A DNA stretch of 59,905 nucleotides, taken from positions 1 through 59,905 of IMG/VR virus record IMGVR_UViG_3300020152_000026; one strand, 5' to 3'. Origin of the DNA: a virus (lineage: Duplodnaviria; Caudoviricetes). The notes below the pieces were generated by a model. That model was not told the DNA's origin. It did not search any database and was given only the letters and a program-made list of their open reading frames with translations. The first letter of the stretch is position 1. Each line of letters starts with the position of its first letter. Below are positions 48,232-56,874 of this stretch, one piece after another. A program made the translations under genes and the position numbers.

Positions 48232-48356
48232 ACCATAAGTTAGGAATCATTTAAAAGCCTGTAGAACGATTTTATATCGAAAACGATAAATTATACCAAA
48301 ACAAAATAAAGAATACACCATGAAAGCGTGAGGTAGTAAATAACTATATTTAAAAA

Positions 48357-48638
48357 GTGAAGGGGGATAGGCAAGTGGAGATAAAGATTAATGATAAGTA
48401 CAGTATCACAACAGACCCAATGAATGTAATCTTGCAGGAAAATAAAACATTTGGTTCTGAAAGCAAGAACGCAGGGGAGGAATACAAAGACACTATAGGA
48501 TACTTTGCGAATCTTCAGCAAGCGCATAAAAAGCTTTTAGACTATGAAATAATGACAAGTGATTTGTCGGACGTAAAAGAAATATGTGATTGTATGGAAC
48601 GGTTGCATGAGGATTTTAAGCAGGCATTTAATAAATAA
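48357..48638 (+). CDS. DUF5405-like phage protein
   Basis: IKINDKYSITTDPMNVIL..GYFANLQQA. Confidence 0.6.
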   Translation: MKGDRQVEIKINDKYSITTDPMNVILQENKTFGSESKNAGEEYKDTIGYFANLQQAHKKLLDYEIMTSDLSDVKEICDCMERLHEDFKQAFNK

Positions 48639-48677
48639 ATCATTAGCGTAAGTCAGAAATATGGGAAGTTGTTTGCA

Positions 48678-48797
48678 ATGTTTTTAAAGAAAATATTTTG
48701 TAGACACCAATATGAATACATTGGTAAAGACAAAAAATATTTTTTTTACAGATGTAAAAAATGTGGAAAGTTTAAAGATGCTTTAATAGTTTGGTAG
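48678..48797 (+). CDS. small Zn-binding protein (FCRH..CxxCG)
   Basis: MFLKKIFCRHQYEY..YRCKKCGK. Confidence 0.5.
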   Translation: MFLKKIFCRHQYEYIGKDKKYFFYRCKKCGKFKDALIVW

Positions 48798-49735
48798 GTA
48801 TATTTGTAAATGGGGTGGATAAAGTGGAACTGTGGCAGCTTAGACAAAGACAATCATTACCTTTGCAAGTAAAAATAATAATGTCTTTACTGAGAATACA
48901 GAAATGGTATGAAGCTTGGGACGGTGATGTATATGTTAGTTTCTCAGGCGGTAAAGATAGCACAGTTCTCCTTCACTTAGTAAGAACATTATATCCTAGA
49001 GTTAAAGCAGTATTTATTGATACAGGGCTTGAATATCCAGAAATAAGAGCATTTGTAAAAACAATAGATAATGTAGTATGGATTAAACCGGATATGCATT
49101 ACACAGATGTAATTAACAAACATGGTTATCCTGTTGTAAGTAAAGAAGTTAGCGAAACAATAGACCAAGTACGAAAAGGATATAAAAGCAGATTCAAAAA
49201 ACTAGATACAAATTACACAGGTAGATACAGTTGTTTAAAATGGAAATTCCTTTTGGACGCACCTTTTAAAATATCAAATCTTTGCTGTAATGAGATGAAA
49301 AAGAAGCCTGTAAAGAAATATGAAAAGCTGCATAAAGTAAAGCCATTTGTCGGAACTATGGCAGACGAAAGTAGTTTAAGAACTCAATCATGGTTAAAAA
49401 GTGGGTGCAATGCATTTGATAACAGCAGGCCAATAAGCTCACCATTAAGTTTTTGGAAGGAATCAGATATATGGGAGTATTTGAAAACTTATAATGTTCC
49501 TTATAGCAAGATATATGATATGGGCGAAACAAGAACAGGGTGCATGTTTTGTATGTTTGGTTGCCATCTCGAAGAATATCCTAATAGATTTCAAAGAATG
49601 GCAAGCACACACCCAAAACAATTTGATTACTGCATTAACAAATTAGGGATAGGTAAAGTTCTGGATTATATTAATGTGCCTTACATGCCAAACGAGGTAA
49701 GAGATGGCGAGAATATTCAAATATGCATGATGTGA
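48791..49735 (+). CDS. phosphoadenosine phosphosulfate reductase-family protein (phage type); GTG near 48815 is the likely start
   Basis: VSFSGGKDSTVL, DTGLEYPE, CCNEMKK, RTGCMFC. Confidence 0.88.
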   Translation: MVGIFVNGVDKVELWQLRQRQSLPLQVKIIMSLLRIQKWYEAWDGDVYVSFSGGKDSTVLLHLVRTLYPRVKAVFIDTGLEYPEIRAFVKTIDNVVWIKPDMHYTDVINKHGYPVVSKEVSETIDQVRKGYKSRFKKLDTNYTGRYSCLKWKFLLDAPFKISNLCCNEMKKKPVKKYEKLHKVKPFVGTMADESSLRTQSWLKSGCNAFDNSRPISSPLSFWKESDIWEYLKTYNVPYSKIYDMGETRTGCMFCMFGCHLEEYPNRFQRMASTHPKQFDYCINKLGIGKVLDYINVPYMPNEVRDGENIQICMM

Positions 49736-49744
49736 TTTGGAGGA

Positions 49745-49927
49745 TTGAATTTTATGGAACTTGTAAAAGAAATACCAAAACAGTATGAGATTAAAGTTAC
49801 TCATGAAGAAATGGAATGTATGTTAAATGTGCTTAATAATTCGCTAAAACCATTTAATCATGATAATGATGCAGAAAAAATAGTAAGGGGAATGGTCAAT
49901 AAAATGAACGCTATCTTGAATAAATGA
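49745..49927 (+). CDS. hypothetical protein
   Basis: RBS GGAGG. Confidence 0.5.
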   Translation: MNFMELVKEIPKQYEIKVTHEEMECMLNVLNNSLKPFNHDNDAEKIVRGMVNKMNAILNK

Positions 49928-49966
49928 GTTGCGTATAATGCGAGTACGGCGAATGGGGGTGGTGAT

Positions 49967-50407
49967 TTGCCTTATAACAGATATGGAAAAAGACAATGGT
50001 TGTCTCTATATAAATATTTGGAACTGTATCCTGATGATGATATATTTCATGCTATGCCTGACTATAGGACGGAACCGTATACATGTAAATGGTGCGGAGG
50101 AAAACTTAAAAATAAAAGGCAACAAAGCTTTTGTTGCAAAGAATGTAGTCAGAGATTCAATAATCACACAGTATGGGGAAGAAAAACAGCCCCTTTACCA
50201 TACAGGATATTATGCAGAGATAATTTTACTTGTAGTGAATGCGGAGAATTTAAAGCACTAAAAAATGAGTATGGAATATATATACCGGTTGATGTTGGTT
50301 TGGAAGTACATCACATTATACATGTTAGTAATGGTGGAGAAGATCATCAAAGTAATTTGAAAACATTATGTGAGGATTGCCATAAGGCGGCACATGGAAG
50401 TAAATGA
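49967..50407 (+). CDS. HNH endonuclease
   Basis: CKWCG..CCKEC, RDNFTCSECG, LEVHHI..GGEDHQSNLKTLCEDCH. Confidence 0.85.
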   Translation: MPYNRYGKRQWLSLYKYLELYPDDDIFHAMPDYRTEPYTCKWCGGKLKNKRQQSFCCKECSQRFNNHTVWGRKTAPLPYRILCRDNFTCSECGEFKALKNEYGIYIPVDVGLEVHHIIHVSNGGEDHQSNLKTLCEDCHKAAHGSK

Positions 50408-50434
50408 GATTTTAGCGTAAAGGAGTGAATTGAT

Positions 50435-50749
50435 TTGTCAAAACAAGCAGACAAAAGGGTTATTAAAATTAGCGTTAATGAAATAGAAGGGCTGGAAGAA
50501 TTAAGGGATTATTGCGAAGAAGCAATGGATAATGTGACAGGGGATAAGTATTACTTCTTTCATAACTCATTCATCACATTAAATTCAATCATTGATAGGG
50601 CAGAAAATATCAAAGTGGATGAAAGTGATAAAGGGTGCTGCGGGACTGATTGTCCGTTCAAGGAAAATAAATTCTGTAATTTGCATAGCCAAGAATTGCA
50701 TGGCACTTTTGAAAATCCTACTAGATGCCCGCAATGCAACAGCTATTAA
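50435..50749 (+). CDS. hypothetical protein with Cys-rich C-terminus
   Basis: RBS AAGGAG; CCGTDCPF..RCPQC. Confidence 0.55.
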   Translation: MSKQADKRVIKISVNEIEGLEELRDYCEEAMDNVTGDKYYFFHNSFITLNSIIDRAENIKVDESDKGCCGTDCPFKENKFCNLHSQELHGTFENPTRCPQCNSY

Positions 50750-50787
50750 TTGTACGGTTAGCGAATAAGAGAAAGTGAGGGAATTTA

Positions 50788-50976
50788 ATGAAAACTTTAA
50801 AAGCAATTAAGGTAGGTTCTGTGCCAGTAGTATTTTTCATGTTGATTGCATGTATACCAATGATGGCAATATGTTCAATCACACTATTCCGGATGGGATA
50901 TATAGAAGGTGGAATATTAAATAGCATTATTGCAATAGGTAGTTTCTTATATGTTTCCTATAAAATCGGAGAGTAG
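50788..50976 (+). CDS. small membrane protein
   Basis: Two hydrophobic helices. Confidence 0.55.
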   Translation: MKTLKAIKVGSVPVVFFMLIACIPMMAICSITLFRMGYIEGGILNSIIAIGSFLYVSYKIGE

Positions 50977-51014
50977 CAGCATACGTTAAATTAAAGATTT
51001 GAAAGGGTGATAGT

Positions 51015-51197
51015 GTGCCAAAGTATAGTTTTGATTATCCAGTAGAGATTACACATTGTTTGAAGTGTCCTCTGCTTATGGAAGATGATTTATGTGGGTT
51101 ACAAGATGAAAGTAATTATAAGAATTGGGAGAAACAAAAAGCAAATTGCCCACTGAAAAATGAACCTGAAAAACTAGGCTGCACATTTGATGAATAG
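51015..51197 (+). CDS. small Cys-rich protein
   Basis: CLKCPL..C..NCPL. Confidence 0.55.
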   Translation: MPKYSFDYPVEITHCLKCPLLMEDDLCGLQDESNYKNWEKQKANCPLKNEPEKLGCTFDE

Positions 51198-51394
51198 TTA
51201 GTTAACTGCTCCTGCTTGAGCAGATAAACAATCCAAGGCTACCAAAATAAAAAATAAATAATAAAAGGAGTGTGAGTCACTCCCCACTCTATATTGTGTA
51301 TCGGTAGCCTGGATATCTTTAAATCAACCCATAACGGTTGCGTTTGAGAAAAGCAATCAAAAATGGTTGCAATATAGCAGATTTGAAGTGATCA

Positions 51395-51425
51395 TTGACA
51401 ACTGAATATTGGTTAGTGGTATAAT
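51395..51425 (+). promoter_or_regulatory. sigmaA promoter
   Basis: TTGACA(51395), 19-nt spacer, extended TGn-TATAAT(51420). Confidence 0.6.
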
Positions 51426-51437
51426 AAGCGAAGGAGT

Positions 51438-51644
51438 GTGATGAGCATGAACTTGCCGAAGTTAAATGGTCGTGTTGACACTGAAACGATTGCTGACATG
51501 ATCGTATCCTGTATTTTAGCAAAAGGAATGGCAAATCTCACAGTTAGAACTGATACACAAACTGTGCGTGAGCTTGAACACTGGACTGAAGAAGTCTTGA
51601 AAGAGGTTATTAAAGAAACAATTAAGAAAACCACTAACCAATAA
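51438..51644 (+). CDS. small hypothetical protein with its own promoter and terminator (moron)
   Basis: RBS AAGGAG; flanked by a promoter and a hairpin. Confidence 0.6.
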   Translation: MMSMNLPKLNGRVDTETIADMIVSCILAKGMANLTVRTDTQTVRELEHWTEEVLKEVIKETIKKTTNQ

Positions 51645-51666
51645 ACGGTTAGTGGTTTTTATTTTT
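51627..51666 (+). terminator. intrinsic terminator
   Basis: AAAACCACTAACC-AATAAAC-GGTTAGTGGTTTT plus TATTTTT. Confidence 0.8.
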
Positions 51667-51708
51667 GTAATAGTTTAGTAGTTTAACGATTGAAAGGAGT
51701 AGATTGAA

Positions 51709-51978
51709 TTGTTTGGAAAATCAACAGGATTAAAAGATGCACATGGAATTGATATTTGTGTTGGACATATTATAACAACTGGATTAACAATAAATTCAGA
51801 AGATAAATACACTGGTAGATTTATAAGAAAAGTAGTTTATTGGAATGAAGAATATCAAGAATTTTGGGTAAAAGAAGTTTCGCATGGACTTAATTTGGCG
51901 TTTCCAATATCTGATGTTGCAAAAAAGATTTTAGAAATAGTTGGAGATACTGAAAACAATCCAGAACTTATGCACTAA
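51709..51978 (+). CDS. YopX-like protein
   Basis: STGLKDAHGIDICVGHII..LEIVGDTENNPEL. Confidence 0.75.
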   Translation: MFGKSTGLKDAHGIDICVGHIITTGLTINSEDKYTGRFIRKVVYWNEEYQEFWVKEVSHGLNLAFPISDVAKKILEIVGDTENNPELMH

Positions 51979-52007
51979 ATAATGTTTAAGCGAAAGGAAG
52001 TGTTAGT

Positions 52008-52304
52008 TTGGTTAACGATTGTAAAAAATGTATTCACTATTCAGAGTGTCTTAAAAGTAAAGATAAACCATGCAGATTTTATTGGGAAGAAAAGAGGTAT
52101 GAAATGAGCAAAGATACTGTTGATTGCAATAACTGTAAACATCTTAATATAACTGAATTTGAGCAGGAACTAATGAAGAAAAAGTCAAAAGATGTACTGA
52201 CTCATTGTTGCGACAAACATTTAAAAAATCTAGGTCATTTTGGAAACCATCCTAAATTGATTCCGTGCTTTTGGTGCAATGGGAAAGACTTTGAACAACG
52301 ATAA
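52008..52304 (+). CDS. Cys-rich hypothetical protein
   Basis: Multiple CxxC motifs. Confidence 0.5.
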   Translation: MVNDCKKCIHYSECLKSKDKPCRFYWEEKRYEMSKDTVDCNNCKHLNITEFEQELMKKKSKDVLTHCCDKHLKNLGHFGNHPKLIPCFWCNGKDFEQR

Positions 52305-52333
52305 TGACAGTTTTAACGAATAGGAGGGATTGT

Positions 52334-52588
52334 ATGTCTGGTTTTATTGTAAAGCAACCAAATGGATTATATTGCAGATTTTCAACGACTGTGGATTGTC
52401 CTACACATTGGAATATGACAAAAGAAGAGTATGTCAATATGATTATGGAAAAAGCAAAAGCAGAAGCAGAAGAAATTTTAGAAAAGTATCTTAAACCGTT
52501 TGAAGCACTTAATGAATGGTTTATTCCAAACAATATGACTCAGGAAGAGTTTGATAAATTGTTAAAAGAAATGAGTAAAATGCCATAA
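52334..52588 (+). CDS. conserved phage hypothetical protein
   Basis: MSGFIVKQPNGLYCRFSTTVDCPTHWNMT; RBS AGGAGG. Confidence 0.65.
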   Translation: MSGFIVKQPNGLYCRFSTTVDCPTHWNMTKEEYVNMIMEKAKAEAEEILEKYLKPFEALNEWFIPNNMTQEEFDKLLKEMSKMP

Positions 52589-52629
52589 AGGACAGTTTAA
52601 CGAACAATTTGAAGGGAGATAAAAATTTT

Positions 52630-53053
52630 ATGACAAAAGCAGATTGCATAAAAGAAACAAAACAGCATGTGGTAAAGGTAGCAACATGTATAGATAAAGT
52701 CATTGAAGAACTTATGATTAGGAGAGCATTTCATGATTCTTCTAAAATGCAAGAACCTGAACTTGCCATATTCACAGAGTTTATATAAAGGATTTTTAAA
52801 AGAAATGGGTGTAGCATTGCAACATCACTATGAAAACAATCCTCATCACCCTGAACATTTTGAGAACGGAATAAAAGGAATGACACTGGTTGATATAGTT
52901 GAAATGTTCTGTGATTGGAAAGCAGCTACGCTCAGGCATGATAACGGAGATATTTATAAAAGTATTGAGTTTAATAAAAATCGTTTCGGTTATTCAGATG
53001 ATTTGGAGCAGATTTTTATAAATACTGCTCAGTTATTTGATGATGTAAGATAG
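52630..53053 (+). pseudogene. DUF5662-like (HD-type) gene broken by an internal deletion/frameshift
   Basis: MTKADCIKETKQHV..HDSSK..AIFTEFI stops at 52788; another frame resumes YKGFLKEM..HHY..HHPEHF..EMFCDW. Confidence 0.7.
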
Positions 53054-53061
53054 GAGGGCAT

Positions 53062-53337
53062 ATGCTTAAAATATTTACAGTAAGAAATAACAAAGAAAAA
53101 GATAAGATTATGGATTATTTAAATAGTGTTGCAAAAGATTGCTACGATACTGAGAAGGAAAGAGTATTATCACTGCTTGAAAATGATTTACAGAAGGTTA
53201 TTTACCTTGATTGGTGGAATAGTGGACATCTTTGGAAAGGCGAAGAAAGAGCTGAAAGATATAAACACGTAAATGACCATGATTGGGAAATGGCGAGAGG
53301 ATATATCATGGAAACAATTAGTAGAGGTATGGGTTGA
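53062..53337 (+). CDS. hypothetical protein
   Basis: RBS AGGAGG. Confidence 0.55.
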   Translation: MLKIFTVRNNKEKDKIMDYLNSVAKDCYDTEKERVLSLLENDLQKVIYLDWWNSGHLWKGEERAERYKHVNDHDWEMARGYIMETISRGMG

Positions 53338-53371
53338 CATACGTTAAAGCTAGATTTAGAAAGGGGATAGG

Positions 53372-53707
53372 TTGATGGATAGAATAACAAATAGGAATGT
53401 AGATGTCGAGGATAAAAGAAAGTGTCTTGATGTAAGTCCTCCTGAAAGAACATTGAATTTAATTCTTAATGGTCCAACTCTGAACAGTGTAAATAAGGAC
53501 TATTTAAGAATGTATATCAGAACTCTTTATAAATCGCTTAAAAAATATGAAGATATGAAAGAAAAGAATGACGAAGATGAAAGGTGTCAAAAAGCTGAAT
53601 GGATTGATTATCAAACATGCAAAGGCTATCAAAAATCTGATACAGACGATGAGCCTGCAGAACGGTGTAAAGAATGCATGTATTTAGAATTAAATAAGGA
53701 GGGGTAA
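53372..53707 (+). CDS. hypothetical protein
   Basis: MDRITN..LKKYED N-terminal part, Cys-rich C-terminal part. Confidence 0.55.
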   Translation: MMDRITNRNVDVEDKRKCLDVSPPERTLNLILNGPTLNSVNKDYLRMYIRTLYKSLKKYEDMKEKNDEDERCQKAEWIDYQTCKGYQKSDTDDEPAERCKECMYLELNKEG

Positions 53708-53710
53708 ACG

Positions 53711-54199
53711 GTGGTAGATCGGTATAAGTGTCCTAAATGTGGAGCGTTATTCCCGGGCGGTTTTGCAATGTATCAAGAGTTTGAATGCCATGTGTGTAAA
53801 ACAAAATTGTTTTTCTATGATGGTCAATTAATCGAAAATGAGAAGTATTATCCTGTTGGTATAGCAGAATGTATTGATGAGCAATTAAAGAAAGAAAACG
53901 CACAATTAAAGGCTGATTTAGCGAACATGCAGCAGGAGAATGATGAGCTTGTTAAAACAAATAGAAGATTGGTTTGCATTAATGAGCGAAACAGAAAAGA
54001 AGATCAACAAAAAGATATTGAACAGTTGCAACAGGATAAGGCTGAGTTGGTTGCAGCATTAAGAAGATTGCATGCGGTATATGATTTCGAAGAGTTATAC
54101 GGGCATAATGAATGCAGTTGCTTTGATGACCCTACGGAAGTTAATGATGCATTTGTGTATGCTTATGAATTATTAAAAAAGCATAGTGATAAATCATAA
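53711..54199 (+). CDS. Zn-ribbon plus coiled-coil hypothetical protein
   Basis: CPKCG..CHVC, heptads. Confidence 0.55.
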   Translation: MVDRYKCPKCGALFPGGFAMYQEFECHVCKTKLFFYDGQLIENEKYYPVGIAECIDEQLKKENAQLKADLANMQQENDELVKTNRRLVCINERNRKEDQQKDIEQLQQDKAELVAALRRLHAVYDFEELYGHNECSCFDDPTEVNDAFVYAYELLKKHSDKS

Positions 54200-54208
54200 A
54201 TTTAACGA

Positions 54209-54496
54209 ATGGAGGAATTGAGGATGGATATAAAAACTTATGACAACGAACGGCAACCAAAATATGATATTGACGAAATAAGTAAATATATCGATGAGTG
54301 TCATCGGTTTCAAGAAACAGAAAAAACCATTGCGGTTATTAAAGCAGAATCTTATTTAGCTGGATATAAACAAGGGATTTATGATTTTAAAAGAGCATTA
54401 GAATTAATGAATTATAGAGTAATTGAACCAAAGACTACCGAACAATTTATTGATGAATTTATTGCAGACTCTAAGGCATCGGAGGTGTCGGAATGA
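54209..54496 (+). CDS. hypothetical protein
   Basis: ORF in array. Confidence 0.5.
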   Translation: MEELRMDIKTYDNERQPKYDIDEISKYIDECHRFQETEKTIAVIKAESYLAGYKQGIYDFKRALELMNYRVIEPKTTEQFIDEFIADSKASEVSE

Positions 54497-54909
54497 AACA
54501 GCATATAACATTAAAACAACTGCTTGATGCAAAGTTTAGCTGCCGCCAAATGGAAGAATTATTAAATGCAATAGGAGTAGATAAAACACTAGATGACTAT
54601 TTAGCTGAGCATCAAGATTATTGGAGTATGGGAAAAGGTGAAGGAAATACAATTAAAGTTAATTGGCCAAAGTGGGAAAAAGTAAGAGCGGATTTTTACA
54701 AGCCTATTGTTAAGTTAATCACGATAGGTAAGATGATTGAGATATTACATCAAAACGCAAATGATTTTAAGTTAGCGGTAAATTGGGGAGTGCAAAGCGG
54801 ATATATTCTTGGAATAAAATACAAGAAAAAAGAGATGTTTTATATAAAAGATGAACCATGCGATTGTTTATGGGAAGCAGTAAAAGAAGTATTGGAGGGG
54901 TCGGAGTGA
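54493..54909 (+). CDS. conserved phage hypothetical protein
   Basis: MKQHIT..ITIGKMIEIL..CDCLWEAVKEVL. Confidence 0.6.
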   Translation: MKQHITLKQLLDAKFSCRQMEELLNAIGVDKTLDDYLAEHQDYWSMGKGEGNTIKVNWPKWEKVRADFYKPIVKLITIGKMIEILHQNANDFKLAVNWGVQSGYILGIKYKKKEMFYIKDEPCDCLWEAVKEVLEGSE

Positions 54910-55103
54910 AACAATTAAACTTTGATATAGTACAAGAATCTAATAATGTTATAAATGATTATATTAAAAAAACACAACCTCTATGGAAGAAGCCAAAGAA
55001 ATGGTATCAAAAAATAGATTGGGCTGAAGCAATTACAAATATGCTATTTGCTACTGGTGTAATTATGTTTATGGTATTACTAGCTCAAAGTATTATTAAA
55101 TAA
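54906..55103 (+). CDS. small membrane protein
   Basis: GTG overlapping the upstream TGA; C-terminal TM. Confidence 0.5.
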   Translation: MKQLNFDIVQESNNVINDYIKKTQPLWKKPKKWYQKIDWAEAITNMLFATGVIMFMVLLAQSIIK

Positions 55104-55138
55104 TCAGCATTTTAACGAATAATTAAAGGGGTGATAAA

Positions 55139-55510
55139 GTGGATTGGATATTATCAGCAATATCAATGGTAATGATGTACATGATGGGAAACAAAAATAG
55201 ATTTGCTCCAGTGGTTGGGATTGCCTGTCAAATACTTTGGATTTACTATGCAATATCTCTTAAGCAGTATGGTTTATTGATTGGCACAATAGGTTATTTA
55301 GTTATTCACATTATCAATACTTTTAAGTGGAACAAAGAGCATATTTCAAAGTTATTATGTTTAAATCCTTGTGAAAAAGATGCACACAATTACAAATGTG
55401 TTAATAGCAAATTATATATTGTTGGCGATGGTCTTTGGGGTGATCAGTGGGAAAACAAATACAAATGTAATAAGTGCGGTCATACATATTACAAAGTTGA
55501 AGGTGAGTGA
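55139..55510 (+). CDS. PnuC-like three-helix membrane protein with C-terminal Zn-ribbon
   Basis: MDWILSAIS..GNK..QILWIYYA..QYGLL..KW, then HNY..YKCNKCG. Confidence 0.55.
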   Translation: MDWILSAISMVMMYMMGNKNRFAPVVGIACQILWIYYAISLKQYGLLIGTIGYLVIHIINTFKWNKEHISKLLCLNPCEKDAHNYKCVNSKLYIVGDGLWGDQWENKYKCNKCGHTYYKVEGE

Positions 55511-55514
55511 GGTC

Positions 55515-56468
55515 TTGAAAATAGGATTAGTTGATGTTGACGGTCATAATTTCCCAAACATAGCCTTAATGAAAATATCTGCATGGCATAAAGGAAAAGG
55601 TGATGATGTTGATTTTATAAATGCATTTCTGAAATATGACAAAGTTTATATGAGCAAAGTATTTGATTTCACTCCTGATTTTGAAACGGTAATCCATGCA
55701 GATGAAATTATAAAAGGCGGCAGAGCATATGATAAAAAATCAAAGTTGCCAGCAGAAGTTGAATGCATGTATCCTGATTACAGCTTATACAATATCAACA
55801 ATGAAGCATACGGATATTTAACACGTGGGTGTCCTCGTGGGTGTGAATTCTGTGATGTAGTAAACATAGAAGGAAAGAAGTCATATAAAGTTGCTGATTT
55901 AAGTCAATTTTGGAAAGGGCAAAAGCAAATAAAACTTTTAGATCCAAACCTGTTAGCGTGTAAAGATAGAATTGAATTACTTCAGCAATTAGCAGATAGC
56001 AAAGCATGGATTGATTTTACACAGGGGTTAGATGCAAGGCTGCTAAATGATGATGTTATTAACCTGATTAAGCAAACCAAAATTAAAATGATTCACTTCG
56101 CATGGGATTCAATGAAAAACAGCAATAGAATCATAAAGCAGCTTATAAATTTCAAACAGCAAACAAATTATGATTGCAGAAAATTAAGAGTTTACGTTCT
56201 TACAAATTTCGGGACAACCACAGAAGAAGATTTATATAGAGTTTATAAGCTTAAAGAGTTAGGATATGACCCTTATGTAATGATATATGATAAGCAAAAA
56301 TATGTTGATTCAAATAATAGGCTTCGTCCAAGACAGGAACTATTAAAAGAATTTACAGAAAGTCAGATACAGCATTTCATAGTTTGTTGGAAAATGCAAC
56401 GGTGGGTTGATAACAAGTTTATATTTAGGAGTTGTGAACGGTTTGAGGATTATCAGAAAACAAGTTGA
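55515..56468 (+). CDS. radical SAM protein (phage type)
   Basis: KIGLVDVDGHNFPNIALMK, TRGCPRGCEFC (CxxxCxxC), DFTQGLDARL, FAWD. Confidence 0.88.
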   Translation: MKIGLVDVDGHNFPNIALMKISAWHKGKGDDVDFINAFLKYDKVYMSKVFDFTPDFETVIHADEIIKGGRAYDKKSKLPAEVECMYPDYSLYNINNEAYGYLTRGCPRGCEFCDVVNIEGKKSYKVADLSQFWKGQKQIKLLDPNLLACKDRIELLQQLADSKAWIDFTQGLDARLLNDDVINLIKQTKIKMIHFAWDSMKNSNRIIKQLINFKQQTNYDCRKLRVYVLTNFGTTTEEDLYRVYKLKELGYDPYVMIYDKQKYVDSNNRLRPRQELLKEFTESQIQHFIVCWKMQRWVDNKFIFRSCERFEDYQKTS

Positions 56469-56513
56469 TATGCGAATAGGAAAGGTTTAGCGTAAGTAAA
56501 GGAGGCGGATTAA

Positions 56514-56828
56514 TTGAAGTGGGTTACTGACCCTGTTGCATATTGTAGGCTGCATAGGTTTCATATGACAGTACATAGCATGAAAAAAGCTAACTGCATA
56601 AATAAAAAATGCAAGCATTTTAAAAAGTTTAAAGAACATAGATTTTGGGGAGTAAAAGAAGCTGACATAACAAGTAAAAAAGTCTTAAAGGATTATATCA
56701 AAAATAAAGAGTATTACCACCTAACAAGTGATGATAAAAGAAAGTATAAATTGTGCATAACATGTGGTAATTATCACCGAATAGAGACTTATAAATATTG
56801 TCCATGTATGAATTACGGAAGGTATTAG
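56514..56828 (+). CDS. Cys/His-rich hypothetical protein
   Basis: PVAYCRLH..CINKKCKHF. Confidence 0.55.
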   Translation: MKWVTDPVAYCRLHRFHMTVHSMKKANCINKKCKHFKKFKEHRFWGVKEADITSKKVLKDYIKNKEYYHLTSDDKRKYKLCITCGNYHRIETYKYCPCMNYGRY

Positions 56829-56874
56829 ACGTGTGGGAAAGGATTAACTTAGGACAACGAGAGGGGGAAACAGT

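Noticed and set aside
55371-55514. N-terminal extension of the radical SAM ORF
   Set aside because: Overlaps the upstream gene; the conserved KIGLVDVD start and RBS indicate TTG 55515
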